Source of the DNA: Macrostomum lignano
Taxonomy: Eukaryota
NCBI GenBank assembly: GCA_002269645.1
Contig: NIVC01003823.1
Span: forward strand, 1,068 to 65,067
Reading direction: 5' to 3'
Length of the DNA: 64,000 nt
This document shows, piece by piece, positions 23,401 through 35,185 of this stretch (position 1 is the first letter of the stretch; each line of letters starts with the position of its first letter). Position numbers and translations under genes: made by a program. The notes beneath the pieces are model-generated. The model was given only the letters and a program-made list of their open reading frames with translations. It was not told the DNA's origin and did not search any database.

Positions 23401-25677
23401 CTGCCCGGACTGCGGCAGCGCCATCGGCGGCCAAAAACACCGGCTGCTGGAGAACAACGCGGGATACCAAGCCGTGGATCGAACCCAGCGCGGGTTCGTG
23501 CCGGTCGCCGACCAGAACCGACCAGAACCGGTCCGTCAGCTGTCTGCCGGTGCAGCGGCGCTCCTGCGGTCGCTGCAGGCGCTGGCGCTGCTGCTGGGCG
23601 GCGCCGCTGGAGGCGACAGGCGCCGATTCGCTGAGGAGTTCCGCACCGGCCTGGCGTTGTTCAGCCGCGCCACGGGTCGCAGTCAGGAGGACGCAGCGCA
23701 GGCGCTCCACCTGCTGCTGCTGCGCGGCCTGTCAGCACCCGCGCCCGCCACCGCCTTCAACCTGCTCAACAACGATGGACGTCGCGAGTTCGAGAACCGC
23801 TTGGAGACGCGCCTGCTCCGGCCGCTGCTGGACAACCTGAGCGACTGGCTGCAGGAGTCCAACCGAATCGTCGGGCAGGACGACCTCGGCAGGACATCGG
23901 AGATCGTCCGCCTGGTGCAGGAGACCTCGGAGCTCGACAGGCGGCAGGCGCACGAGGGCCAGCTGTGGCGCTACAGGCAGGTCATCTCCGTGGAGCACGC
24001 GGTGCAGACCTTCCGGGAGCTGGGCGTCGAGGAACAGAGGCGGCACGCCCTCATCGAGGCCGTCACTCGCTGGGAGTTCGCGCTGAGGCACCTGCGGTCT
24101 CTGCCGGCTCTGCTGCAGCTGGTGAAGGACCTGGTGGCCGCTTGGAAGTTCAACTTGTCGATGGAAGCGGCTGAAAAAAGGAAGATAGATGCGTTTGACA
24201 TGAATCGCCAGTGAGTATTTATGTCTCATCTTTTATCCGTCTGCAAGTTTCAACTTGACAAGCAGGTTTTCCAAACTGCACTCTCCCTTTCGAAAACTCA
24301 CTCAGGTGGGAGCAGGGCGCGATCGAGTTCAAACTGGCTTGGAACTCTCTGCATGGCCACCTGGAAAACCGGGGCGCCAGATTTCCAAACGGAGTCATCG
24401 TTCCCATCAGTGAGAAAGCTTGCCACTGGGCCACAGCAGATTTTATGCCCCTAGCGGCTCTGCTGCCCCATAGCGGCTGGGGAAGCTGCATTGTAGGCCT
24501 AGTCCAGCTGCTGATGGAGGCTCAAAATTCCGTATTGGAAGCTAGCGGAATTCAGTGCGATGAAATCGACATCTGTCAGGTAAGTCTATGTCGGAGTCGG
24601 CGTTTTGCGAATAATGGATTTTTAAAGTTCGGCACTCAGGTAGCGAGAAGAACCCTTTACAGTTTTACCGGTAAACTCTCGCCTAGGAGCCTGTACCTGT
24701 ACTTGTACATGTACTTTACGAGCAACTATTTTAGGCTAACGAAGCCTCTGTAATCTCGTACGATCCGGACGCCGATCTGCTGCCCGTCCTGCTAGCGAAT
24801 TGCGAGTACTCTCTGCGCCCTGGCGAGGGCTGCAAGGTCGCCTACAACTTCTCCAGCTTGCAGCAACAGCTTGTTGAGCTGCTGGCTCGGGGAAAATCAC
24901 GGCTCATTGGTCACCTGCCGGAGATGAAGTTCAAGGAGGACTTTAACCTCTACGAGCAGTTTCAGTTGCTGAATAAGGCGAGTAGATCACGGGTTCCTGT
25001 TGATCATAAACTCCCATTGAGTGTGACCTTGCTTCTATATATTATTTTCATCCTGCTGTTCCTGCCGTCCTCAGGCGGTGCCGCAGTGCCGCTCTCCCAG
25101 CAGCTCCTCGGTGAGCCACGCGCTGAGCTCCGAGCTGCCCAGCAGCCCGCCCGTCATCACGTCGCTGCTGGAGGAGCTACTGCCACCAGCCGTGAGCTTC
25201 CTGACCTCGCTGGCCCCGAAGGAGCCGTCGCAGCTGCTGCATGACTTCATGACGAAGTCGCTGCGAATGCCGCAGGGGCTGCCGGAGCCGCTCAACCGCT
25301 GCGTCACAATCGACCACGTCCGCCTGCTGTGGCTGTCGCTGGACCGCCTGCGCTGCCAGCAGCTCGCCGACGACGGCTTCGAGCCGTTCCGCGACTGCCG
25401 CGGCCTCGAGGCCGCACCGCTAGAGGAACCGCTCCGCGAGCTGCTGCCCCCGCGTGACCTCCGCAACCGGCGCAGCCTCCTGCTGGAGAAGCTGCACAGC
25501 CTGATGAGGCTGGAGCTGGCGAGCCGGCCGGATCTGCTGGACCTGCCACTGTCGGAGGTTGGGATCGTGTACACCGACTATGATGGCGTCTTCGACGGCT
25601 GGGACGAGCGACTGTTGTGCAAGCACTCGGCCGCCATCTGGATGGCCGTCTTCGCGCTGGAGGGCTCGCGGGCCTGA
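5493..25677 (+). CDS. RNF213: RNF213 (mysterin)-like giant AAA+ ATPase / E3 ubiquitin ligase, ~5,000 aa, ~23 coding exons
   Basis: Exons read from splice signals: 5493-7022, 7103-7344, 8341-8574, 9826-10039, 10120-10458, 10537-10650, 10740-10880, 10963-11161, ~11265-11326 (uncertain), 11408-11716, ~12121-18986, 19069-19217, 19293-19947, 20073-20336, 20459-20566, 20647-21412, 21518-22027, 22491-22872, 22952-22986, 23375-24210, 24307-24579, ~24739-24977, 25075-25677. Motifs: N-terminal CxxC..KFCSECG ribbon, Walker A GETGCGKT and GKPGSSKS, Walker B FFDEVN and ILDEVGLAE, RING, RZ finger CPNGHPYYIANCGQAMQLARCPDCGSAIGGQKH. One -1 frameshift at 14321-14339. Confidence 0.93.
7489..7810 (-). repeat. 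Dispersed repeat relic with adjacent tRNA-like head, in RNF213 intron 2
   Basis: 7525-7573 is identical over 49 bp to 1049-1097. 7489-7675 aligns with the reverse complement of 52644-52832. 7740-7805 on minus has A-box tagcctagtgg but only a weak B-box. Confidence 0.6.
8882..9692. mobile_element. Non-autonomous DNA transposon with ~165-bp terminal inverted repeats, in RNF213 intron 3
   Basis: agtatagcatttcccagtcaatttggtcc...cattttaaaagc (8882-9050) is the near-perfect reverse complement of 9523-9692. A related terminus ctatcgcattccccagtcaat occurs at ~39976. Confidence 0.85.
12121..18986 (+). CDS. RNF213: RNF213-like giant exon encoding stalk and dynein-like AAA+ core
   Basis: ORFs 12138-14342 and 14498-19030 overlap in frames differing by -1. 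SDRSGMGKS, GETGCGKT (15749-15772), GKPGSSKS (16769-16792), GISNWALDPAKMNR, FFGLRDYFSL, FPIPLINRLEKH. Donor AG G/GTAC at 18987. Confidence 0.92.
20647..21412 (+). CDS. RNF213: RNF213-like exon carrying an atypical RING finger and the start of the E3 core
   Basis: After acceptor tttcag (20646) the frame of ORF 20744 reads TTRCYRCNGRLQSLLRLPCQEHLCRDCLVRR...FVCPSCR...RQFKSRCKTFLLEAIMKLCF...NPVVFRSFLLQQLL. The RING lies upstream of the first start codon, so the ORF track misses it. Confidence 0.8.
22080..22460. repeat. Intronic minisatellite (~40-43-bp cagccaccccacagcacacagtgtacac units)
   Basis: About nine degenerate copies inside the RNF213 intron 22028-22490. Confidence 0.85.
22952..22986 (+). 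CDS. RNF213: 35-nt micro-exon encoding the first half of the RZ finger (ACPNGHPYYIAN)
   Basis: Flanked by tcatttcag and gtaagt. Phases match the upstream donor at 22873 and the downstream acceptor at 23374. Confidence 0.85.
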
Positions 25678-25715
25678 ACTAGCCGCGATTTTTACTACTG
25701 ACTTGGGACTTGCAG

Positions 25716-25905
25716 TAGTAGTGTGATGCGAATGTTTTTGATGCTTTGCTATCTACTTATCCCGGGCTTAAGTAGTAGTCGGATGTTGACTGTTTTAGTT
25801 CTTTGATTACCCCTTATCCAGGGTTTGCTAGTAGTCTGATGTGGATATTCTCGATGCTTTGATTACTACTTATCCAAGGCTTAACTAGTAGTCTGATGCA
25901 AACAT
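25716..25905. repeat. Degenerate ~55-bp tandem repeat just downstream of the RNF213 stop
   Basis: tagtagtc(t/g)gatg...ctttgatta...cttatcc.ggg unit, about four copies. Confidence 0.6.
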
Positions 25906-27539
25906 TTCTCACGCGTCTCTATTTCGAGACAGCTCGTTTAAAACCTTTTAGAGACATATTCTTGAGGATAGCATGGTTGAACTTTAGGAAACCTGATGAA
26001 AATGCCTGAAAATACTGAAAGTCACAAATCATGAAAAATCTTGGCTATGATAACTTTTGATAAAAATGAGTATACACGAGCTAAACCCAAATGCATGCTA
26101 TTAGATAGAAACTGAGATATTCATTTTATAAACTTTCTTACATATCTTAAATTTTTGCCGAATTCACAGAGAAATGCTTTGAAATGTTTTATCGAATCCG
26201 AATTCTGCCGTTTTTTAAATTAACTGATGATAATTATGGACTGAATCTGAAAAAAAATTCGTAAAATTATTTAATTACTGTTGCTAATCTCGTATTTATT
26301 TGTCACATCAAGACTGGTATATTAGCTTAATCGAAAGTTTTTGAGATAAATATTGCTTTGCGGCTATGCTACCTCTCTGCCCGGTCAGCAATAGTGCGAT
26401 AGTTTTGTTGGTTTTTTATTTAATCAAATGAAATAAACGTATCGATTTATTTAATACTTTTAAAATCGTGTTTTTTAATCAGTGTTTTCGCTTTTTATCT
26501 TGTCTTCTATGCTTTCTACAATAACCTTCACTTAGGTAGCTAACACCGGTACAATACTTTAGTTACTTGTTACAATACAATGCTCTAGATAAAGGTACAG
26601 AGATAAAATACCAATATTTTTTCGTCTGTCTATATGTCGAATGTTCTGTCATTTTAAGTGTGCCATTGCGAGTGTTGATTAATTAACTCGAACAAATCCC
26701 GTACACAAATCCGTATGCCTGCACAAACAGTAATCCTAATGCACTTTTAGTATGAATGTAAACAAATAAGTAGAGCGAGGCGGTGGTTCCTTGTTTGCCT
26801 GCAGATGGGAAATGTACAAATCGTCGGTGGCCTTCGAATGCTGCGCTCAATTGAGGCGGTTAGTTTCAGCACGCATTTCCCCCGGCACCACGACATAGAA
26901 CTCCGGAATGCGCTTGAAGACGGTGCAATGGTCCTTGATATGGCGCCTACAGCGGCTTCCAGGTGCGATGAACGCGGACGACGATTGTCTCGATGTCGCT
27001 CAGTACGTATGTCGGCTGATCTGGTGAAGGCCTCTCGTTTTGTCTAGCAGGCTGTCCAAGCAAAGGCAAATGTCCTCCGGTATCGGGTCCTTGGATGCCA
27101 GGATGCCAGGGCATCTTCAGGTGTTCTCCAACGACAACGCCAACGGCGGGCATTCCAACCAGCATTCGCCATGGGTCTTCAGAATGGCTTTCAACTTTGC
27201 CAATTTTCTGCGGGTGGTTTAATTGAACTGTCGTTCGCAGTCGGTGGAACGCGATGACCTCTTGGAGACCCGTTTCTTGAATTTTACGCTACAGTACGCT
27301 ACATAGTACACAGTACATGTATAAACAAAAATCGACATGCATTAATCCATTTAACTTCATCACTCCTTAATACCTGCCAAGATTTAGTGCAAACATTACC
27401 TTTTATTATTTAGTACCGATACTTATTAACTCCTAAGAGATTAAATTTAGATTCTAGTTTTTTAGTTCCGTCGATCACCGCCAAGAATCGCAGTAATTTA
27501 ATTTTTTTGAACACTAAATCGTTGTTTTAAACTGATGTT

Positions 27540-28330
27540 GACAATCCCAATTTGACCTGGATTTCGGTATGCCAAATTGAAAATATTCTATCAGAATTTA
27601 CAATCGGGCAATCGTTTTTCTTCAGGATGGTGTCTTTCCAGGACAAAGATTGATGATGATAAAATATCTTACAAGGCGACTTTTGCACGATTCTGGGTGT
27701 ACCAAATTCTGTCCGCTCGAATTCATTTAAATGTGAAGCTCATGGTTACTTTCCATTGCGAGAAAATCGGTCAATTTGTCAAGAATTTGAAATGCCGCGT
27801 TCCCAGCTCCTTACGGGCAGGTGTCGTTTACCAATTTCAATGCTCTGGTGACCAGTGCATCGCCTACATAGGTGAAACTACCAGACACCTGTATGTGAGA
27901 AGTAGAGAACATAGGCAAAAGATGTCAGCCGTGCATGACCACCTGATGATATGCAAAGAATGCTGTGACAGCCAAATTTCTAAAAATATTTCCACCATTC
28001 ATACGTGCTCAAATGAGTACATACTAAAAGTGCTTGAGGACCTGTATATAAAATCGCGCAAACCAATCCAAAATAAGCAACTTGCCAATCATGGTGCCAG
28101 TGCCCTCCTTAGAGTATTCTAGGTGTACACTTGAGCTCATCTCTCTCTCCCTCCTCATTGCAACTCTGTTCACTGTGCAATCTACTGTTAATTTACATAC
28201 ATTTTCTTACTTTTATCGACCCATTTGTTCTCTAAATTGTTATATATAAATAAATAAACAAATAAATCGTTACTAATTTTTAAGAGCCAGACTATGCCTG
28301 ATGCGAGGCGAAACATGTCGCAAAAGTATT
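27540..28330 (+). mobile_element. Penelope-like element 3' fragment (GIY-YIG endonuclease)
   Basis: ORF 27577-28122: GVVYQFQCSGDQCIAYIGETTRHLYVRSREH...SAVHDH...LEDLYIKSRKPIQNKQ is the PLE-type GIY-YIG with CCHH ligands. The RT domain is missing. Confidence 0.85.
28295..28322 (+). ncRNA. Degenerate minimal type I hammerhead ribozyme of the Penelope-like element
   Basis: ugc-CUGAUG-cgaggc-GAAAC-AU-GUC-gca: stem I UGC/GCA, palindromic stem III ACAUGU, GUC cleavage triplet. A9 and part of stem II are missing. Confidence 0.55.
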
Positions 28331-28620
28331 GTTCCATTTTGTATATGGTTCAAAGGAAGAGTTTACTGGAAGCAATGTTATTAGCTTAAAGCCAAAAGCA
28401 ACAATCAATGAAATTGCTTCCAGGAAACATTTTTGCCCTGAACCGTCAACGAAAGGGAGCAATACCCAAATGATATACAACACACAAAATCAGTTTAGTA
28501 CATTTTGGTGAATTCATTCAAAACTTATGCTTGAAAAAACCATCCCAATGCTAGTCTTGCAGTTAAAGCGTGGGGTGCTTTAATATATTCGACAAGCTTA
28601 ACCCTAACCCTAACAAAATT

Positions 28621-29646
28621 TCGGAGATATGAAGTGTCGGAGATATGAAGTGTCGGAGATATGAAGTGTCGGAGATATGAAGTGTCGGAGATATGAAGTG
28701 TCGGAGATATGAAGTGTCGGAGATATGAAGTGTCGGAGATATGAAGTGTCGGAGATATGAAGTGTCGGAGATATGAAGTGTCGGAGATATGAAGTGTCGG
28801 AGATATGAAGTGTCGGAGATATGAAGTGTCGGAGATATGAAGTGTCAGAGATATGAAGTGTCAGAGATATGAAGTGTCGGAGATATGAAGTGTCGGAGAT
28901 ATGAAGTGTCGGAGATATGAAGTGTCGGAGATATGAAGTGTCGGAGATATGAAGTGTCGGAGATATGAAGTGTCGGAGATATGAAGTGTCGGAGATATGA
29001 AGTGTCGGAGATATGAAGTGTCGGAGATATGAAGTGTCGGATATATGAAGCGTCGGAGACATGAAGTGTCGGAGATATGAAGTGTCGGAGATATGAAGTG
29101 TCGGAGATATGAAGTGTCGGAGATATGAAGTGTCGGAGATATGAAGTGTCGGAGATATGAAGTGTCGGAGATATGAAGTGTCGGAGATATGAAGTGTCGG
29201 AGATATGAAGTGTCGGAGATATGAAGTGTCGGATATATGAAGCGTCGGAGACATGAAGTGTCGGAGATATGAAGTGTCGGAGATATGAAGTGTCGGAGAT
29301 ATGAAGTGTCGGAGAGATGAAGTGTCGGAGATATGAAGTGTCGGAGATATGAAGTGTCGGAGATATGAAGTGTCGGAGATATGAAGTGTCGGAGATATGA
29401 AGTGTCGGAGATATGAAGTGTCGGAGATATGAAGTGTCGGAGATATGAAGTGTCGGAGATATGAAGTGTCGGAGATATGAAGTGTCGGAGATATGAAGTG
29501 TCGGAGATATGAAGTGTCGGAGATATGAAGTGTCGGAGATATGAAGTGTCGGAGATATGAAGTGTCGGAGATATGAAGTGTCGGAGATATGAAGTGTCGG
29601 AGATATGAAGTGTCGGAGATATGAAGTGTCGGAGATATGAAGTGTC
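28621..29646. repeat. 16-bp minisatellite (tcggagatatgaagtg)n, ~64 copies
   Basis: Near-perfect array. A variant block recurs at 29041 and 29233 (192 bp = 12 units). Preceded by ttaaccctaaccctaa. Confidence 0.95.
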
Positions 29647-29760
29647 TCTCTTCAGCTGCAGAACCAGAAAGAAATCGGCTGGTGCAACATCCGGCAAGTG
29701 CGGAGGCTTCGGAAGAAACTCAGATTTGACCCTTTGAATTGGCACGATGTGACGGTTTTA
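29647..29760 (-). mobile_element. mariner transposase C-terminal relic
   Basis: LPKPPHLPDVAPADFFLVLQLKR resembles the mariner HPPYSPDLAPSDFFLFPKLK motif and is truncated by the 16-bp array. Confidence 0.55.
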
Positions 29761-30949
29761 AAAATATCGCGTTTTATATCCGTTGCCACTTCCACCTATA
29801 CGACTATCGATGACATTAAGATGGTTTTTCAGGCATAAATTTAGAATCCAATAACCAAAAAAGTGAAATTAAATTTGTTAAAAAGTACAACTGTGCCGCG
29901 TTAAAATTACTTTTTAAAAAGTTGGTGGTGCTTGCAAGCTTCTTTCGGTTTTGAAATGACATTAAATTTGTCAGAACCTTCCGGACACCACTCGTATCTA
30001 GGATCTGCATTGAGAGAAAAAAATTAAATTCAAGCGTTACCTCAACACAATAATATCTATACAAACATAACTAGTATGTATTGAAGTTGTTAACTTGCTC
30101 ATAATTTAACACACAGCATGCAGAGGAAATTTCACTCGTAAAAAGTTGCCGCGTCACTGCTAGATATGCTAATTACATTTCATTTAATACTCCATTAATA
30201 ATATGACAAAAGTTATTAATTAACGAAAATCAACATTTCATGATTACCATCCATCTGAATAATCCAAGTAACAACAACAATAATATAATATTTGCAGTTT
30301 TAATACAGTAACCAGCCGTAACTTTCTTAGTATTATTGCTGAGCATAAATACCTGGTAAACAAGAATCCGAAACCGCATTAACCGCATGTGCCAGGTAAG
30401 TTATCGCCCGTAGAATGTACCCACAGGCCTGGTCAATAATAAAACGGAAAAATTGAAAGCCAGACAAGCATCACAAGGTTAAAAGCGCATATTAAACTGC
30501 CAGTTCTTCCGCAGTGGGAGTGCGTGTTTAGTCTACAGGTCAACAATGCCATTTCGAAGGTAAATTTGCTAACGACTATGTTACAAATATAAGTTCAAGG
30601 GGTCGTACCGTAAAGCTGTCGTAGCGTAAGTCCGATCGTACGTCGGAGCTTTTACACTGCGGAGATAGGAGCTAAGAACGATCATTATCTTACTATGGCT
30701 TTATAGAACGGGCCCCAAATTATTATTTCATAGAGACTGAACTTGCAGACGTGAACTTAAATCAGTTTTTGTGTGACCATCCATCCTATAACAGTTGCAC
30801 CAGAATGTTTTTAAAGTATATTAGCAAAGTTTTAAATACGGTTAAGATACATATTTTATGACTTAAAAGCAGTCAAAATGACTTGTTTTTTTTAACTACT
30901 CGTGGCCACATTACGCATGAGCAGCAATAATGATTACACATAAGTAGCG

Positions 30950-31139
30950 TCACTGTCCTGCACCGTTGGTTTTTGCTGTTTTTCTACCGTCTTTGTTGTC
31001 GACGTCGCTGTCGCTGTCGCTGGCGTCTTCCAGCTCATCAACAGACACTGGAGTCACGCCGTAGGCTGCCAGGAGCTCCTGGTCGGCGGCCGGATCAGCA
31101 GCCGATGCTCCCGCAGCTGACGCCTGCGACTGCAAACCG

Positions 31140-31173
<34 letters not shown>

Positions 31174-34100
31174 GCTGTTGCTGCGACGGCTGCTTTTTGC
31201 CTGCCTTCTTTCGAGCGGCCTTCGGTATGTGGCTGGCGATTCTTCCGGTTTGCTGGTCGGCTATGTTCGGGTGCGGCCGAGCCACGGCCAGTTCGCCCTG
31301 TTGCGCCAGATTTATGAAGTACGGATCGACGTACTTTTCTACGTAATCGGCGCAACCGCGAGGATCGTGCAGGCCGGGACGCATCGGCGCCTCCCAGAAC
31401 CGCTCCTGGGTCTCCGGCAGCGGTTCCAGCTTATTCAGCCGGATCTCCTCCAGCAGCCAAGCTGCCAAGTGTTCACCGAAACTTTCTCTAAATTTGCGCT
31501 GCATCTTGTCTTTGCCGCGAACGAACTTCATCTTCTTGACCGTTTTCGGATCGATGAACATTTTAATGGCGTTCCAGACGCCGTGAAATAGGCTGCTATG
31601 ATTCACGCACACTATTCGGTCCATCTGTTCGGGGTAGAAGTTGCTGAACACGCTGACTACACCGTTAGCGAGGCCCGGGTTGCACTGCGGGAGGCTGAGG
31701 CCTGAAATTGGAGTTGCACTCGTCATTTTAATCGTTAAGCACCTAACAAAATGAATGCAAATCTAGTTTAAGCGCTTCGGATAACTAAATCAAGGTACTT
31801 AGACACCTCAACTACTTTTTTAGTTTTTCAGTTCAGTTTAGGCTACAAATGACTAATGCGTGATGAGCTACAAATTACTAATACGTGATTATCTACAAAG
31901 GACTAATACAAGATTATCTACAAAGTACTAATACGTGATGATCTACAAAGGACTAATACGTGATGATCTACAAAGGACTAATACGTGATGATCTACAAAG
32001 GACTAATACGTGATGATCTACAAAGGACTATTACGTGATGATCTACAAAGGACTAATACGTGATGATCTACAAAGGACTAATACGTGATGATCTACAAAG
32101 GACTAATACGTGATGATCTACAAAGGACTATTACGTGATGAGCTACAAATTACTAATACGTGATTATCTACAAAGGACTAATACAAGATTATCTACAAAG
32201 TACTAATACGTGATGATCTACAAAGGACTATTACGTGATGATCTACAAAGGACTAATACGTGATGATCTACAAAGGACTAATACGTGATCATCTACAAAG
32301 GACTAATACGTGATGAGCTACAAAGGACTAATACGTGATGATCTACAAAGGACTAATACGTGATGATCTACAAAGGACTAATACGTGATGATCTACAAAG
32401 GACTATTACGTGATGATCTACAAAGGACTAATACGTGATGATCTACAAAGGACTAATACGTGATCATCTACAAAGGACTAATACGTGATGAGCTACAAAG
32501 CACTGACAGGATTAAGCTCTAATGATAATCCATGCATAAGGGCCAAGTGATGTTTAAATTAGTAAAAAGCAAAACAATATTCAAACCAATGCACCTGTGC
32601 AATCAATAACGAAGATCCAACTATTAACACCAGGTGCCATTGTCCTTTTAGCATTCTCCATCAAGTAGGTGCAGTGCGCCACAGAATCCTCAACGTTGTA
32701 CCGAACAGCGTCGCCCTGAGAGAAGCTCGAGTAGATAACGGGTCGGCCTACTATATCAAAACCGACTTGCCGCTGCGGAAGAGACCAACGGTTTTTGGCT
32801 TTATTGACTGCTATTTAAAAAATGTTGAGTCACGTCAAAACAAATTATGATTTGGGCAGTGATTGAAACTATTTCACATCTTTCTCTCTCTTGTTCTTTA
32901 CCCCTTCCTCTACTCTGCCTCAACTGCAACATCTACCTTTTTGTATTACTTTATATCTACTTTTATATCTACCGCTATACATAACTACCGCTACCTCTCT
33001 GCCAAGTATGTCTCCTTTTTTTCTCTATTTCTTTTTTCAGTCATCTTGATATCTTTTGCTTCAGCTCTATTTTTTTCCGATTTAGCAGCAGAATTTGGAT
33101 AGCCCAGCTCAAGCAGGGTGGACTAAGACTGAGCAGAAATCCAGTTCCCCGAGGCTTAGCTCACGCTTGAGGAAGCTGCAATTTTCTGTTGCATTTTGGG
33201 CTGAAACCGGCGCACAAGACTATGAGAAGCAATCGAAACCGCCACCGCTTCTCCTTGTTAGGAAATTTCTAAATCCCGATTCTAATTCCCCAATGATTGC
33301 CCCCTGTCCCCTTAAGCCTCTTGTCAGCCAAAACAGACACGAATCTTTTAAATTTCTAATGGGTAAAATTATCGAGCATTATTAATATAGCTTTTTGCGG
33401 CCCATCCGGGCCCACGCGCATTGAATTTAATCCAAGATATGTTTGTCAAAGTAATGGAGCTTTTGTCTATGGTAGCAAGGCTGGCACAGCGGCACCCAAT
33501 CCGGTCCAACAAGCATCAATTTGATCCATTTAGTTCATTTGCAGCTCAGCCCCAGAATTGTGGACCATATGCTAGGCTGTTGAACGAATGTCATTGGCTT
33601 GTGATCGAAGCACTCGACGGAGGTGAACACCCAAAGGACATTGCAAGGTTGCTGAATGTAAAAGAAAAGGTGGTTTACAACATCTAGCAGCGCGTTGAAA
33701 CTCTGCCGGCAGAGATTGCCTGCGAAAGGGTGGCAATCGCCAAGGAAAGTTGCTCGAGAGCCTCAGGTCCAACTGCTACTCGATGCAGTGGAGACGAACC
33801 CTTTGTTGAAGTTTCAGAAAATGCAGCAGAAGTTGAGGGAACAGCTCCAGTTGGTTATCAGATTTCGACTATCAGCAGAGCTCTGGAAAAGCAACTGAAA
33901 ATTTTAGGTAGAGACGCTGACATTCCAGCGGTGCGCAACAACCTGCAGACGGTTGAGAGAAGGCAAGAGTTTGTCCTATGGCTCACGAGTGTTTGGACCA
34001 AATGGATGCTTGCTGGACCAAATGAAACGCCGCTGCGCCAGCCCCGCCACCATAGACAAAAGCTCCGTCACATTGGCAAACGTATCTTGGATTAAATTAA

Positions 34101-35106
34101 ATGCGCGTAAGCCCAAATGGGCTGCAAAATGCTATAGTGTCTGACATTGTTTTTTTTCAAGATGAAAACGGCAACTCGGTCGAGAACAGAGTCGTTGTAA
34201 TTGACTCTAGACTACTCTACAGATAAAAGGACGTGATGTCAAAACAACTTCATTTAGTCTACTTGAGTTAGTAGAAAGTTAAGCGCTAACACACAACGCT
34301 AACACTCAGTGAATGACTGCTTTGATGTTGATATTGCAACATTAAACAATACTAACAAATGAGTGCTAAAATGATCTTGATTGCGTCGACTCGAGACCAC
34401 TCTTCAAGCCGACCTTGAATAATAAACACCCATCGATGTTTCTGCAGTTCAAAACATGGCCGTAATCAAATAATCAACAGAATAACACTGACCTCAGTTC
34501 TTGTTTTTTTATAAGAAAACGGTCGAAGCCTCACAACCATGTCTGTCGTTGGTTTACTCTAGACCTAAGTCTGTCTCTAGACCTCTATTAGAATGACTGA
34601 AGACCGCTGTCGTATCGCAAAATAGAATCGTCCACTCAAAATCCTTGCATCACTGACGTCCAATGGACCATCTATCACTCCAACTAATGCATGCATACAG
34701 CAGAGGCCAGACGGATCCTCTGTTTTTTTCTCAACTTTCTCTCTACCCATGAGCTCTCCCATGCAAACTCGCACTTTCGTCTGATCAGAAGCCTATGGAA
34801 ATGTAGAAAAATGGAGAGAAAGAGAGAGAGAGAGAGTGAGAGAGAGAGAGAGAGAGCAGCTATGAGCCAGCTGTAAATAGTTTGCGTCTACAAAAATCTG
34901 CAGCTAAACTCCCCTCTCCCTAGAATGCGCGAGTACTTTCCCATCGTTCAGGTTGCTATTTTCGTTCCAGTTTGGTCAATTGGTCAACCGCGCTCTGAAT
35001 GCAGTTGTTGGGGCCGACGGCAGAGAGAAACAGACGGAGAGAGGCACGGCTGAAGTCAGACAAGCAGAAATCATTGTGAAATTAAAATCGTACGATCGAA
35101 AGAGAG

Positions 35107-35185
<79 letters not shown>

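Noticed and set aside
28610-29745. HISDTSYLRHFISPTL repeat ORFs and a CRISPR-like look of the 16- and 25-bp arrays
   Set aside because: Head-to-tail tandem repeats with no unique spacers, no cas genes, and a eukaryotic context.
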